Shown: positions 1 through 9,921, counted from the stretch's first letter. The stretch is 30,306 bases of DNA from Oligoflexales bacterium (GCA_045106415.1 JBGCEP010000062.1:1-30306), one strand, 5' to 3'. Made by a program: numbers and translations. Notes: generated by a model from the sequence alone, not told the origin.

Positions 1-1290
1 GCTATCTGACTGCCCTAAAGTCCAACCTGCTTTCGAAGTTGCATAACTTTCCCAAGTACCGTTTGCACTACAACCTGAGGTATTTGTAATGTACATTTCA
101 CTTGCGCCTGTTGCAGCAAGTGTTAAATCAGGAGTCCCATCTGATGTATAAGTCCCACCATTAATCACAATACTTGTCGACGTTGGCACATTATCATCAT
201 GAGTAATCGTATCGTTTACACAACTTCCCTCAGTACCTGCTGCATTACGAAACTTCACATATACTGTTGCTATTGCATTTGTTTGCCCTAAAGTCCAAGA
301 TGTTTTCGTGGTTGCATAACTTTCCCAAACACCACCTGCACTACAGCCTAAAGTATTTGTAATATACATCTCAGTTGCACCTGTTACAGCCAGTGTTAAA
401 TCAGGTGTCCCGTCCGATGTATGAGTCCCACCATCAATCACAATAGATTCATTTGAAGGAACTGTAGAATCATGAACAATTGTATCGTTCACACAAGAAC
501 TTTCATTACCTGCATGATCTCTATACTTTACATAAACGGTTGCTACTGCATCAGTTTGTCCTAGAGACCAATTCTCTTTCGATACTCCATAACTTTCCCA
601 AGTCCCACCTGCTGAACACCCTGAAGTATTCGTGATGTACATCTCATCTGCACCCACAGCAGAAAAAGTTAAATTTGGAGTTGTGTCTGCAGTGTAAACA
701 CCACCATCGATTGTGAGCGCTTCACCAGAAGGAGCAATATCATCATGAATAATCGCATCGTTAACACAACTGGTTTCATTTCCCACAATGTCACGGTACT
801 TCACATATACTGTCGCAGTTGCATTTGTTTGCCCTAAGGTCCAACCTGTTTTCGAAGAAGCATAACTCTCCCAAATACCACCCGCACTACAACTTGACGT
901 ATTTGTGACATACATTTCATGAGCATCATCTGCATTGAAAGTTAAATTTGTCGATACAGTTGATGTTGCTATTCCCCCTACAATTGTTACCGATGGAGAT
1001 GTAGGAGCCACATTATCATGTAAAATTGTGTCCGATAGACACGCTGTTTTATTAAGCGCTTCATCACGAAACTGCACATAAAGAGTATTCGAAGCATTTG
1101 CATGAGGCAGGGTCACATTTTTAGAGTTTTGATAAGTTTCCCAAGTCCCACCCGTACTGCAATCTACTGCCTCAGTAATATAAACTTCATTTGCCCCAGT
1201 CACATCAAAATCAAATGTGGTTGCAACTGAAGACACAACAGAAGAATCTGCATGCAAAACAGCCTGATTTACCACTGGATTTGTGACATC
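1..1290 (-). repeat. Intragenic tandem repeat, 273 nt (91 aa), about 4.7 copies visible
   Basis: The EMY(I/V)TNT-GCSAGG-WESY-K-W-LGQT-ATVYVK-R-AG-E-SCVND-I-HD motif recurs. Its Met-Tyr codons lie at about 910, 637, 364 and 91 (273-nt spacing), with a divergent first copy (Val-Tyr) at about 1180. Confidence 0.92.
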
Positions 1291-2661
1291 AACTTTATAT
1301 GACAAACTCACCTGGCTACAGTTCCCAGGAATTTCAGCCTTTGACGTTTTTGCATAAAAAACATAATCGCCTTCGCTTAAAGTCGGTAGCGTCATCTGAA
1401 TAGATGATGATGATGCCTCTGCTGAAACAAGAAGATTTTGACAATTAGCATTGCTATATAAATTGACAACAGCACCTGCTTCCACTCCATCAACCTGCAC
1501 AACTGGTTGCACATCAAAAGATACTGCTTGCGACGGAGAAATTAAACTTAACCCTGTGGGTGCAGACAAATCTGTTAAAAGTGTGTAATTCAAGTAAGCC
1601 TGAGAGCATGAACCCACAGCTCCATAAAGATTTTCTGAACGTACATAAAATTGGTATGCCCCTACTCGACTAAGCTTTGGACTTAAAGAAAGACTACCAT
1701 TAGCAGATGCTGTTAATGAAGCAAGAACATTGCCCTCACATTTCGCATCTGTATACACAGAAACAAGGTCACCTTTCGTTACAGAATCTATAATCAAAAC
1801 TGGTGTTGCATTTAAAGAAGCTGCCTTTTCAGTTGAAATTGTCGAAATTTCTTCTGGGCCAAGAACAAAAGATCCAACAAAATTCCCAGGTGCAAAACAG
1901 ATAAGATCACCTTTTCTACTTCCTGTATAAACAGTCTTTTTTTGGTCCCAATCAAAAAAAGTCATTCTCGAAATATTTCGAGAACCAACACTCCAACATA
2001 TTTCAATACTTTTACTAAACCATTCTGTGACTTCTTGTCCATCATCACCTAATATCCCGCCTTCCATCACACCCGATTTTTCAGAATTCTCAATAAAATA
2101 AATATTTTTTTCTTGGAGAGAACTCGTGTCATAAGTCATTTGAATAGAACCGTATGCAAACTCTTTTTGATATGTGAGCGTTTCTCCAAGTTGAGATTTT
2201 TCATTCAGAATAAGAGTAAAAACTCCTGGCACTCTGCGTGTTTGAATACACATTTCCTTAGACGTTTGTATCCCTTCAACTTCCTGACTTTCACTTCCAT
2301 CTAATTTACTCACCTTCACTTTGGCGCCATCCAAAGCATCTTCAGGAAGTTTAAGACAAACCTTAATATCTTTTTGAAGAGTAGGGATCAAAGATTGGCT
2401 GTTTTCAGCCTGAATAGTGAGAGTATTTTCATTGATTCCTTGCACATCAAATTTGACAGGTTGATTAAAAGTATTTTTATCAACACTCACCGATCCGTTT
2501 AAAATATCAATATCAACATCTTCTGTGTGTGGGATTACTTTTGACTGAGCAACAGATTTTACACCAACATCAACGTTACTAAGAGACCTTGAACTGGTCG
2601 ATCTCTCGCCTTCACAAGCGATTAACCCCATCACAACAGCCCACAATAAAGGCAGCACCAT
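1..2661 (-). CDS. Large surface lipoprotein with tandem Ig-like/beta-rich repeats (putative adhesin); partial, continues beyond the left edge
   Basis: Manual translation shows no stop from ATG 2661 to position 1 (887 codons). GGAGG lies 5 nt upstream. N-terminus MVLPLLWAVVMGLIA-C is a lipoprotein signal with lipobox LIAC. Two ~100-aa Ig-like units (VSVYTDAKC..YQFYVRS..GSCS; VNLYSNANC..YVFYAKT..GNCS) are followed by 91-aa repeats. Absent from the ORF track because it has no stop in the window. Confidence 0.9.
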   Translation of the reverse strand, partial: MVLPLLWAVVMGLIACEGERSTSSRSLSNVDVGVKSVAQSKVIPHTEDVDIDILNGSVSVDKNTFNQPVKFDVQGINENTLTIQAENSQSLIPTLQKDIKVCLKLPEDALDGAKVKVSKLDGSESQEVEGIQTSKEMCIQTRRVPGVFTLILNEKSQLGETLTYQKEFAYGSIQMTYDTSSLQEKNIYFIENSEKSGVMEGGILGDDGQEVTEWFSKSIEICWSVGSRNISRMTFFDWDQKKTVYTGSRKGDLICFAPGNFVGSFVLGPEEISTISTEKAASLNATPVLIIDSVTKGDLVSVYTDAKCEGNVLASLTASANGSLSLSPKLSRVGAYQFYVRSENLYGAVGSCSQAYLNYTLLTDLSAPTGLSLISPSQAVSFDVQPVVQVDGVEAGAVVNLYSNANCQNLLVSAEASSSSIQMTLPTLSEGDYVFYAKTSKAEIPGNCSQVSLSYKVDVTNPVVNQAVLHADSSVVSSVATTFDFDVTGANEVYITEAVDCSTGGTWETYQNSKNVTLPHANASNTLYVQFRDEALNKTACLSDTILHDNVAPTSPSVTIVGGIATSTVSTNLTFNADDAHEMYVTNTSSCSAGGIWESYASSKTGWTLGQTNATATVYVKYRDIVGNETSCVNDAIIHDDIAPSGEALTIDGGVYTADTTPNLTFSAVGADEMYITNTSGCSAGGTWESYGVSKENWSLGQTDAVATVYVKYRDHAGNESSCVNDTIVHDSTVPSNESIVIDGGTHTSDGTPDLTLAVTGATEMYITNTLGCSAGGVWESYATTKTSWTLGQTNAIATVYVKFRNAAGTEGSCVNDTITHDDNVPTSTSIVINGGTYTSDGTPDLTLAATGASEMYITNTSGCSANGTWESYATSKAGWTLGQSDS

Positions 2662-2696
2662 CTCAGCCTCCGATAACCCAAAAAGAACATACACAC

Positions 2697-2723
2697 TCGT
2701 CGGCATTTATTTGCATAAATAAA
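2697..2723 (-). promoter_or_regulatory. Putative sigma28 (FliA) promoter of the repeat lipoprotein
   Basis: TTTATTTA-N11-GCCGACGA vs consensus TAAAGTTT-N11-GCCGATAA; about 36 nt from the start codon. Confidence 0.5.
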
Positions 2724-3035
2724 TTTTTTTTTTGAGATTTATTTAACAGATTTTAAAAAAACTTTATAAAAAATGTGGAAAAAAGTAATACAACTCTAAA
2801 AGATTATAAAAACAACCTATTACAAATAAGAAAAAAACGGCTGGAAATTACGACTCCCACTCAATAGTCCAATTTCATACTCCTATAACATTGAATTTAT
2901 CCGTCTAAGTCAAAATCTTCATACACTATACGCGACAAATCCCCCATGGAGTCTGACAGCAACAAACTAAAAATCTAATTATTTCTGTTACTGATATGGC
3001 TGAAGTAAAATGCTTGAAAGTCATTCTCAAAAAAA

Positions 3036-3791
3036 TTATATATAACGATCTGCCCACGCAGCTAATGTTGCAGCAACATACTGAGCATCTTCCGTTTGAC
3101 TTAATAAATGATCTGCCCCATCTAAAGAAATAAAAGATTTTGGATGTTTTGCATGTTGATAAATATTTTGAGCATTCTCAATACCCACAACACTGTCCTG
3201 AGGAGAGTGAAACACCAAAAGTGCTTTTTTCATTCCTCTTAAGACTTCTTTAGGATTTTGCGCAATAACATCATCTAAAAATTGTTTTTTAAATTCAAAA
3301 GGTCTTCCAGCTAAGTGCACTTGAGCTTGACCTTCGTTTTGAATTTCTTCTATCTTTTGTCGAAAATTATGCAATACGTGTGAAGGCTCAAAAGGCGCTC
3401 CTATCGTGACCACAGCTGTTGATTCAGGTAGATTTTTTGAAGCAAAAATTACAGCTGCACCACCCAAACTATGACCGATTAAAAGTTTGGCCGACTTGAA
3501 CCTTTTTTCTAAGAATGTATTTGCAGCTATAAGGTCTTGTACGTTACTCGAGAAATTCGAATTGGAAAACTCTCCTTCGCTCCGACCAAGACCAGTGAAG
3601 TCAAATCTCAAAACACCAATACCAAAGCGAGCCAATTCTCGGCTAATTCGAGAAGCCGCTGCAATATCTTTTGAACATGTAAAACAGTGAGCAAAAATCG
3701 CGTAAAATCGAACATCTCCTTCTGGAAGATCCAGGCTTCCAGAAAGGCTTTTCTCATGAGAACCCAAAAACACAACTTTTTCCGTAGCCAT
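3036..3791 (-). CDS. Alpha/beta hydrolase of the type usually fused N-terminally to OsmC, here stand-alone
   Basis: AHCFTCSKD, LRFDFTGLGRSEG, nucleophile elbow GHSLGG, HSPQD and HPKSFISLDGADHLL motifs. Confidence 0.85.
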   Translation of the reverse strand: MATEKVVFLGSHEKSLSGSLDLPEGDVRFYAIFAHCFTCSKDIAAASRISRELARFGIGVLRFDFTGLGRSEGEFSNSNFSSNVQDLIAANTFLEKRFKSAKLLIGHSLGGAAVIFASKNLPESTAVVTIGAPFEPSHVLHNFRQKIEEIQNEGQAQVHLAGRPFEFKKQFLDDVIAQNPKEVLRGMKKALLVFHSPQDSVVGIENAQNIYQHAKHPKSFISLDGADHLLSQTEDAQYVAATLAAWADRYI

Positions 3792-3928
3792 AGCAACCTC
3801 ACACCTATTTTTTCAAGAACAACTCTAACGATAGCACTGAAAGCAAAATGATACTCAGCTCTCACTGGTGAAAATATTGAAAATAAGCTAGGATGTGGGC
3901 CGCTGGACTACCGAGGATCGGAGATCAT

Positions 3929-5674
3929 ATGTCATCTACAGATATTATTCGCATAGAAATTTCAAAATTTTTACAAAGTCATCTTAAAGAGCTACACCCT
4001 GAAGTCCCTTCGGTAGAAGACATTTCATGCTGGCTTGAAAAGCCTCCATCCTCTGATATGGGTGATTACGCTCTTCCCTGCTTCCGATTTGCTAAAATTT
4101 TTCGAAAGCCTCCTCCCGTCATCGCTCAGACAATCAAAGAGCATTTAAATCAAAAAAAATGCGACTGGATTGCTCACATTGATGTTGCCGGTGGTTTTCT
4201 TAACTTAAAAATTCAGCAAAATAAAATGGCTGATTATATTTTTAAGCGTATCGATGATGCTTCTTTTTTTAAATTTCCTGATGCTACCCAGCACCCCCGC
4301 GTCATGGTTGAGTACTCTCAGCCCAATACACATAAAGAGTTTCACGTCGGCCACGGCCGAAACGTCTGCCTCGGTGATAGCCTTACTCGCCTACTTGAAT
4401 ACACCGGGCACAAGACCCTTCCAGTCAATTACATTGGTGATGAGGGAACTCACGTCGCAAAGTGTTTGTGGCAATGGGACCGCTCTGGAGAACAACCTCA
4501 CGGCACACTAGCTGAATGGTATGGTCAATGTTACGTTCAAGCAAACCAGACTTTAGCAAATGCTTCTGATGCAGACAAAGAAATTCATCACAAAGAAATT
4601 TCTCACGTTTTACATCAAATTGAACAAAAATCTGGAAAATTCTACAATATGTGGCAACAAAGCCGTGAACACTGCATGAAGGATTTCCTAGATATTTACA
4701 GTTGGCTCGATGTAAAGTTTGATCATATTTTTTATGAATCCGACGTTTCAGAAGAATCTCAAAGCATTGTCGATGAATACCTGGAAAAAGGTTTATTTGC
4801 CGAATCCGATGGTGCTATTGGACGTAACCTAGAAGAACACAAGCTAGGATTTGTCCTTGTCAGAAAATCTGACGGAACGACTCCATATTTAACAAAAGAC
4901 CTTGCTCTCGCACGCAAAAAATTCGCAGACTTTCAAATCGACCGTTCTATTTATGTTGTCGGTCTTGAGCAAAGCTATCACTTTCAACAAGTCTTTAAAA
5001 CATTAGAGCTCATGGGGTTTCCTCAAGCAGCTCAATGCCACCACCTTGCTTATGCCCATGTGACACTTCCTGAAGGAAAAATGTCTTCACGCAAAGGGAA
5101 CACATTTACTTTTTGGCAACTTATTCGTCTTATGGAAGAGCAGATTGAACCTCTAACGCGGCACCAACACCACGATTGGAGTGAGGAGGAAAGACTTGAA
5201 ACACTTCACCGCCTTGCTGTCGGTGCTATCAAGTGGGGCATGCTTGATGGTGACCCTTCTAAAGAAATTGTGTTTGAACCAAGTCGCTGGACAAGCCTTG
5301 AGGGTCGTTCAGGAGTTTACCTCATGTACACGTACACAAGAGCAAACTCTATGCTAAGAAAGGCTGCCGATCTTAACTTTCAAAACATTGACAGCACACA
5401 CCTCAACACTCAGATCGAGCATGATTTATTACGAGATCTCTATGAGTTCAACACCACAGTCACAGTTGCATGCGCAAGCTATAAACCTTCTATTCTGGCT
5501 GGACATTTGTACTATATGAGCAAAAACTTTAACCGTTTTTACACTCAGTCGCCGGTGCTTAAATGTGAAAAGATAGAGACAAAACTTGCTCGCCTTGCAC
5601 TTGTGAAAAATTTTACAATTATTTTAAAACAAGGATTAAAACTTCTTGGTATGACACCACCAGAAAGAATGTAG
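3929..5674 (+). CDS. argS: Arginine--tRNA ligase
   Basis: VEYSQPN..HVGHGRN (HIGH), KSDG, GKMSSRKGN (KMSKS-like), and a C-terminal DALR anticodon-binding domain ending PERM. Start moved from 3893 to ATG 3929, which follows GGAG. Confidence 0.97.
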   Translation: MSSTDIIRIEISKFLQSHLKELHPEVPSVEDISCWLEKPPSSDMGDYALPCFRFAKIFRKPPPVIAQTIKEHLNQKKCDWIAHIDVAGGFLNLKIQQNKMADYIFKRIDDASFFKFPDATQHPRVMVEYSQPNTHKEFHVGHGRNVCLGDSLTRLLEYTGHKTLPVNYIGDEGTHVAKCLWQWDRSGEQPHGTLAEWYGQCYVQANQTLANASDADKEIHHKEISHVLHQIEQKSGKFYNMWQQSREHCMKDFLDIYSWLDVKFDHIFYESDVSEESQSIVDEYLEKGLFAESDGAIGRNLEEHKLGFVLVRKSDGTTPYLTKDLALARKKFADFQIDRSIYVVGLEQSYHFQQVFKTLELMGFPQAAQCHHLAYAHVTLPEGKMSSRKGNTFTFWQLIRLMEEQIEPLTRHQHHDWSEEERLETLHRLAVGAIKWGMLDGDPSKEIVFEPSRWTSLEGRSGVYLMYTYTRANSMLRKAADLNFQNIDSTHLNTQIEHDLLRDLYEFNTTVTVACASYKPSILAGHLYYMSKNFNRFYTQSPVLKCEKIETKLARLALVKNFTIILKQGLKLLGMTPPERM

Positions 5675-5696
5675 TCTTTCAAGAGGTATGCAAAGC

Positions 5697-7163
5697 CTAA
5701 GCGCTTTGCATATCTAAATCTTCAGCGCTTTCTTCTTCAGTCGTCTCAGGCTCTGGTTCAACCAGGACACCTTCCAGCCCTTTCACTATTTTTTCCCAAT
5801 ATTTTGTCTTCGACATACCAGGTGCTATCGCTTCAAAGCGCACTTGCCAGGTATCAGCCTTGCCCTCTAGTTTTTTCACAGAGACAATTCGAACTGAGTT
5901 TTCCCCACCCCAAAGACCCTTCAACAAAGGGCTTTCAAGACAAATGCGGCTGTTTTCCAGCAAAGGCAAGCGCACTTCAAGTATTCCACCTGTTTCATCT
6001 AAAGCAAGAAGAGAACACTGTGCCATATAATTAGCCAGAACACCGCTACTTCCTAACTCCACCGATGATCGGCTCATTGCAGAATTCGCAGATGCAGATC
6101 GAATCATGTCCAAAAAAACACCTAATCCAAATGGTTTTTGAATATATTGGACATCTGGATCATTTGATTTTAAGGCACATGCACTTGTACCAATAATTGA
6201 AGGAGGACGATCCCCCACAGACATTTGACTGTAGAGTTCTTTCCACTGAATATCAGCTCCCGTTGTTGAAAGCTCATGTAGATAAACACACTGAAAACTT
6301 GATGCTTTTTGCTTTAAATACGATACGGCCCTTTGGATATTAGGAGCGTGTTGCAGATCAATATCGTAGCCTTTAAAGACTTCTGCAAACTCTTCAAAAC
6401 GCTTCGGGTTTGGGTCATAATAAAGAACTCGTGCTTCTTCTTCCTCAGCTTCAGCACTACCATTCATGTCTGCTTCAGGAAGTTTTTCTAACCACAGCCG
6501 ACCTTTACCAACAACTCTCTCCAATGGAAAAGAGTTACAATACCCATCTTCAACAGGGCGATTTGAAGCCATTTTAAAAATTGCGGGTGGATATGATTGA
6601 TCTTGAGGCACACAAAGAAGGTTTGCACTCGGATCAATCTCCATCGCAGACTTCACAAGAACTTGTCCGCTATTTTGACCAACAACAGTCGCCTCCATAC
6701 TCATAGCAAATTTAGTATGATCGCCAAGTTTTACTGCATCAATAAGATAAGGAGACACAAGAGATTTTGTTCGAACCACCTCTGTCACTTTAACTAAGAA
6801 CGCTTTCGTATCAAAATTATTACCACCAAGAAGAAACCCTGCGAATTGCCGCTGGCGTACCATTTCAACTTCTTCTCTTGTTTTTTTCATAACCAAAGCA
6901 ATGATTGGTGTCAGAGAAAGCAGTTGATGATGTTGAAGTCGATCATATAAAGCTGCGACACTCCCATCAGAGAGAGTGGATTCACAAACAACTAAATGCG
7001 GCATCTCTTGAGAAACAAACTGCAAAGCATCATACAACGATAAAGCAAGCAGTGTTCTATAACCTGCTCTTTGCAAAAGAGACTGCATACCTAAGCCACG
7101 TTCGCGTTTATCAACGACGATAACGACTGTATGCTGTGTCAATCCTGTTGCAATATTCGCCAT
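5697..7163 (-). CDS. Signalling protein: two pseudo-receiver domains, each followed by a PilZ-like beta domain
   Basis: REC-like 1 is VVIVVD..EMPHLVVCE..TPIIAL. REC-like 2 is RVLYYD..CVYLHE..PSIIGTS..YIQKPFG. The beta segments ATVVGQNSGQVLVKS and CSLLALDETGGILEV resemble the PilZ (D/N)xSxxG strand. Confidence 0.6.
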   Translation of the reverse strand: MANIATGLTQHTVVIVVDKRERGLGMQSLLQRAGYRTLLALSLYDALQFVSQEMPHLVVCESTLSDGSVAALYDRLQHHQLLSLTPIIALVMKKTREEVEMVRQRQFAGFLLGGNNFDTKAFLVKVTEVVRTKSLVSPYLIDAVKLGDHTKFAMSMEATVVGQNSGQVLVKSAMEIDPSANLLCVPQDQSYPPAIFKMASNRPVEDGYCNSFPLERVVGKGRLWLEKLPEADMNGSAEAEEEEARVLYYDPNPKRFEEFAEVFKGYDIDLQHAPNIQRAVSYLKQKASSFQCVYLHELSTTGADIQWKELYSQMSVGDRPPSIIGTSACALKSNDPDVQYIQKPFGLGVFLDMIRSASANSAMSRSSVELGSSGVLANYMAQCSLLALDETGGILEVRLPLLENSRICLESPLLKGLWGGENSVRIVSVKKLEGKADTWQVRFEAIAPGMSKTKYWEKIVKGLEGVLVEPEPETTEEESAEDLDMQSA

Positions 7164-7171
7164 AAAACGAA

Positions 7172-8374
7172 TTACCCCGCCTGCTTATCACCGGCTTTTG
7201 CAGCCTGTGATATCAATGCTTTTAAGTTCACTTCAATTTTGTCTAACTTTTCAAACCTTTTCCCATATTCTTTCTGACATCTTTTTAAATACTTCAACGC
7301 CATTTCATAACTCTTTAGCCTCCGACACGCTAAAGCTGCATTCATACTAATTTTGTAACGCAGCTCAGGCCGTACAACTTTATGAGCTTTTTGATATAAG
7401 GCAAGCGCACTTTTTCCTTTTCCTGCTTGAGAAAGTCGAACGCCAAGTTCATTAAGTTTTGCTGCAAAGTGTGGCCCAACTTCATCTAATTGATCAAGGA
7501 GCTTAAATGCTTTGCCCATGTCGCCTGTTCCCAAATAATATTGAGCCTTTGCTTCTTGCACCTTACTACCTTTAGGAGAGAGAGCGTTTGCTTCTTTCAA
7601 GAATTTTTTCGCCATCTCATGGTCACCTTTTTCAACATAAATACAAGCCAAAGCGGCTTTACGAGATGCGTTTCTAGGATTTGATTTTTCTAGCTTACTG
7701 TAAATAGCAAGAGCTTCGTCAGTTTTACCATTCACCATCATAACTTCAGCGAGTTGCGAATCTGCAGATCGACACATACTATTTAAATTTTTACTTTGTG
7801 AAAAAGCGGCTTCTGCCTCTACCAAATTACTCGTAGCTTCAAAAGCTCTTCCTCTTGCCATTGCAGCACGATAATCATAAGTCGCTAATTCTTCTAAGGC
7901 GGCTTGACCAGCAATAATTTCTTCTTGATCTGCTTGTCGAATAGATTTTAATACTTTTAGGGTCTTAGACTCTGTTGTTTCAGAATCTAATAACGTTTCT
8001 CTAGTACGATCCAAAAGTTCTGTAAAGCGTTCTACCCACTCTGTTTTTGGCCAGAATTGTTCAACACCAAATTCAAAAACACTAACCATAAAGCGAGGAC
8101 CCGCGTCTTCACATACAATCGCTTGAAAATCAGGCAAACAACCTACTTTGGATTGATAACCTTGTAAAAGGGATTCGACATCTGGTGAGTATTCTTCAGC
8201 TAAAATCACCATAAGAACGACACCACCAGCTTCCATAGCAACAAGCGCAGTGGCTTCATCGGTGACAACATTGAGAGAAAATTCCTCGGGTATCTGTGTT
8301 AATGTTTCTTGATAAGACTCAACCAAACCGGAATCGGTTAAATCGACAATCAAGCATTCCCACAAATCACCCAA
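7172..8374 (-). CDS. N-terminal receiver-like domain plus TPR repeat protein
   Basis: Multiple TPR helices (LAEVMMVNGKTDEALAIYSK; LACIYVEKGDHEMAKKFL; LNELGVRLSQAGKGKSALALYQKA). Start revised from 8527 to TTG 8374, 6 nt after GGAGG. An 8-nt gap to the next gene implies an operon. Confidence 0.8.
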   Translation of the reverse strand: MGDLWECLIVDLTDSGLVESYQETLTQIPEEFSLNVVTDEATALVAMEAGGVVLMVILAEEYSPDVESLLQGYQSKVGCLPDFQAIVCEDAGPRFMVSVFEFGVEQFWPKTEWVERFTELLDRTRETLLDSETTESKTLKVLKSIRQADQEEIIAGQAALEELATYDYRAAMARGRAFEATSNLVEAEAAFSQSKNLNSMCRSADSQLAEVMMVNGKTDEALAIYSKLEKSNPRNASRKAALACIYVEKGDHEMAKKFLKEANALSPKGSKVQEAKAQYYLGTGDMGKAFKLLDQLDEVGPHFAAKLNELGVRLSQAGKGKSALALYQKAHKVVRPELRYKISMNAALACRRLKSYEMALKYLKRCQKEYGKRFEKLDKIEVNLKALISQAAKAGDKQAG

Positions 8375-8405
8375 AACATTCCTCCAAGCAATAGGCTTGT
8401 TAAAG

Positions 8406-8432
8406 TGATCGGTGAAAGATAAAAAATGTGAA
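8406..8432 (-). promoter_or_regulatory. Putative sigma28 promoter of the TPR/pseudo-receiver operon
   Basis: TTCACATT-N11-ACCGATCA, about 32 nt from TTG 8374; the -35 match is weak. Confidence 0.4.
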
Positions 8433-8573
8433 GCTTTTCGGAAAAAAAAAAGGTAAACCTTCATAAAAAAAACACTTTTCACAAAACAAAAACCGCCATC
8501 ATTAAAAATGACAGATGTCAACTTCACAAAAGATCGTCCGAATCACGCTGATCAGATCAAAAAGACACAATAA

Positions 8574-9530
8574 CTAACGCTTCCAGCTATATAAAAATTC
8601 TTGCTGAAGCCCATGGAAATGATAAAAAAGCTCATTCTCAACAGAAACCTCAAGCTCCAAGTAGCCGTATTCATTTCCAATATACTCAGAATACTCCGAA
8701 TTCTTCACAGGCTCTAAAGTGCCACCTCCAGCACCTGACACAATAAAATCGCTACTACAATGGGGTGTTCGACGTAACTCCATATGATGAGAGTGGCCAT
8801 TCCACCACCCATCAATTTGATGGCAAACCCATGGCTTTAAAAACTTTCCTAACCAACCTCCACTATGACTAAAGCTCAAGGTTGAGGCTGAAGTTAATGG
8901 ATGGTGAGACATCACTACTTTACGCCCTGGAAACGGCAAATTCACCATAGATAATAAAAAATCTACAGAACAATATCTCGACGACAAACACATGTCTGGG
9001 TATGAAGAATCAAAAGCAATCACGCGAAATCGTGAGTCAAAATCCACAGCATAAAACCTCGCAGGCATCTTCCATTTAGGGTCTATTTGAGAATATAAAA
9101 TCTGAGCCTCAGGATTTTCTCGAATATCATGATTTCCTAAGATAGGATAGATAGGTGTCTTCGCTAAACAGGGAGTTGATCGGTAGGGTGTCCGAATCTT
9201 ACCTTCCCATTGCGGATCATCAACCGAAGACACTCCTCTCATATAAAAATTGTCACCCAATAAAAAAAGCCCATCCAGACCACCTAGGTCTTGACACCGC
9301 CTCTCCATAGCTCTTGCAACTGCCAACTGATCTTCATTTCCTGAGCCAGTATCTCCTAGAATAAAAAATCGTAAAGGCTCTGATTCAATTGTTTTTACTG
9401 TTAAAAAGCGGTCGCCCAAGACAAGGTTTGTCGTCCATCGATATCGTGATTGGGTACAAAAAAAGATAAGGAAAACAAAAAAGAAAATCAGTATGTTTGA
9501 AAAAGACAAACGAGTCACAAAAACCTCCAT
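8574..9530 (-). CDS. Calcineurin-like metallophosphoesterase (purple/tartrate-resistant acid phosphatase type), N-terminally anchored or exported
   Basis: GDTG, GDNFY, GNHD, SHHP and GHSH metal motifs; hydrophobic N-terminus. The true start may be GTG 9518, which follows GGAGG. Confidence 0.9.
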   Translation of the reverse strand: MEVFVTRLSFSNILIFFFVFLIFFCTQSRYRWTTNLVLGDRFLTVKTIESEPLRFFILGDTGSGNEDQLAVARAMERRCQDLGGLDGLFLLGDNFYMRGVSSVDDPQWEGKIRTPYRSTPCLAKTPIYPILGNHDIRENPEAQILYSQIDPKWKMPARFYAVDFDSRFRVIAFDSSYPDMCLSSRYCSVDFLLSMVNLPFPGRKVVMSHHPLTSASTLSFSHSGGWLGKFLKPWVCHQIDGWWNGHSHHMELRRTPHCSSDFIVSGAGGGTLEPVKNSEYSEYIGNEYGYLELEVSVENELFYHFHGLQQEFLYSWKR

Positions 9531-9564
9531 AAGAGTCTATTGCAACCACTATCACGGCATCTAT

Positions 9565-9921
9565 CTAGATACAAACATCCTTTCGCTGTTTACTGATTTT
9601 CACAACATCTTCTCTCAGGTAAACCATTCTCAAACCAACAGATTCTATAGCAGCTTGAAAAAGCCCCATCCCTGTCGATACATCCACATACCGTGGCGAT
9701 ATAATCTGAAGATGACGATCTAAATCCGGTGAGACAATAAAGCTCCAATCAGACCATTTCGCGACATCTTTCAATATTTTGCTCAATGGAGTCGGACTAG
9801 GGTAATGCATCGACACAGTCTTCAAGGGGGCCTCTGCAACAACAGCTGGTTCATGCGTAACCGCTGGCTGAGAACTTTCACCATCACCTTGTTTTTCTAT
9901 GGACTGTGTTGTCCGACTCAT
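9565..9921 (-). CDS. Small protein resembling a stand-alone secretin (GspD) N0 domain
   Basis: PLSKILKDVAKWSDWSFIVSPDLDRHLQIISP..GLFQAAIESVGLRMV..DVVKI follows the GspD N0 pattern. Strong RBS AGGAGGT. No signal peptide visible. Confidence 0.65.
   Translation of the reverse strand: MSRTTQSIEKQGDGESSQPAVTHEPAVVAEAPLKTVSMHYPSPTPLSKILKDVAKWSDWSFIVSPDLDRHLQIISPRYVDVSTGMGLFQAAIESVGLRMVYLREDVVKISKQRKDVCI

Noticed and set aside
1730..2304. Plus-strand ORFs of 66 and 63 aa
   Set aside because: Antisense to the long minus-strand lipoprotein ORF.
2774..2782. DnaA-box-like TTTTCCACA (minus strand) in an AT-rich gap, with another at 28392-28400
   Set aside because: Isolated single boxes with no cluster and no dnaA/gidA context; not oriC evidence.
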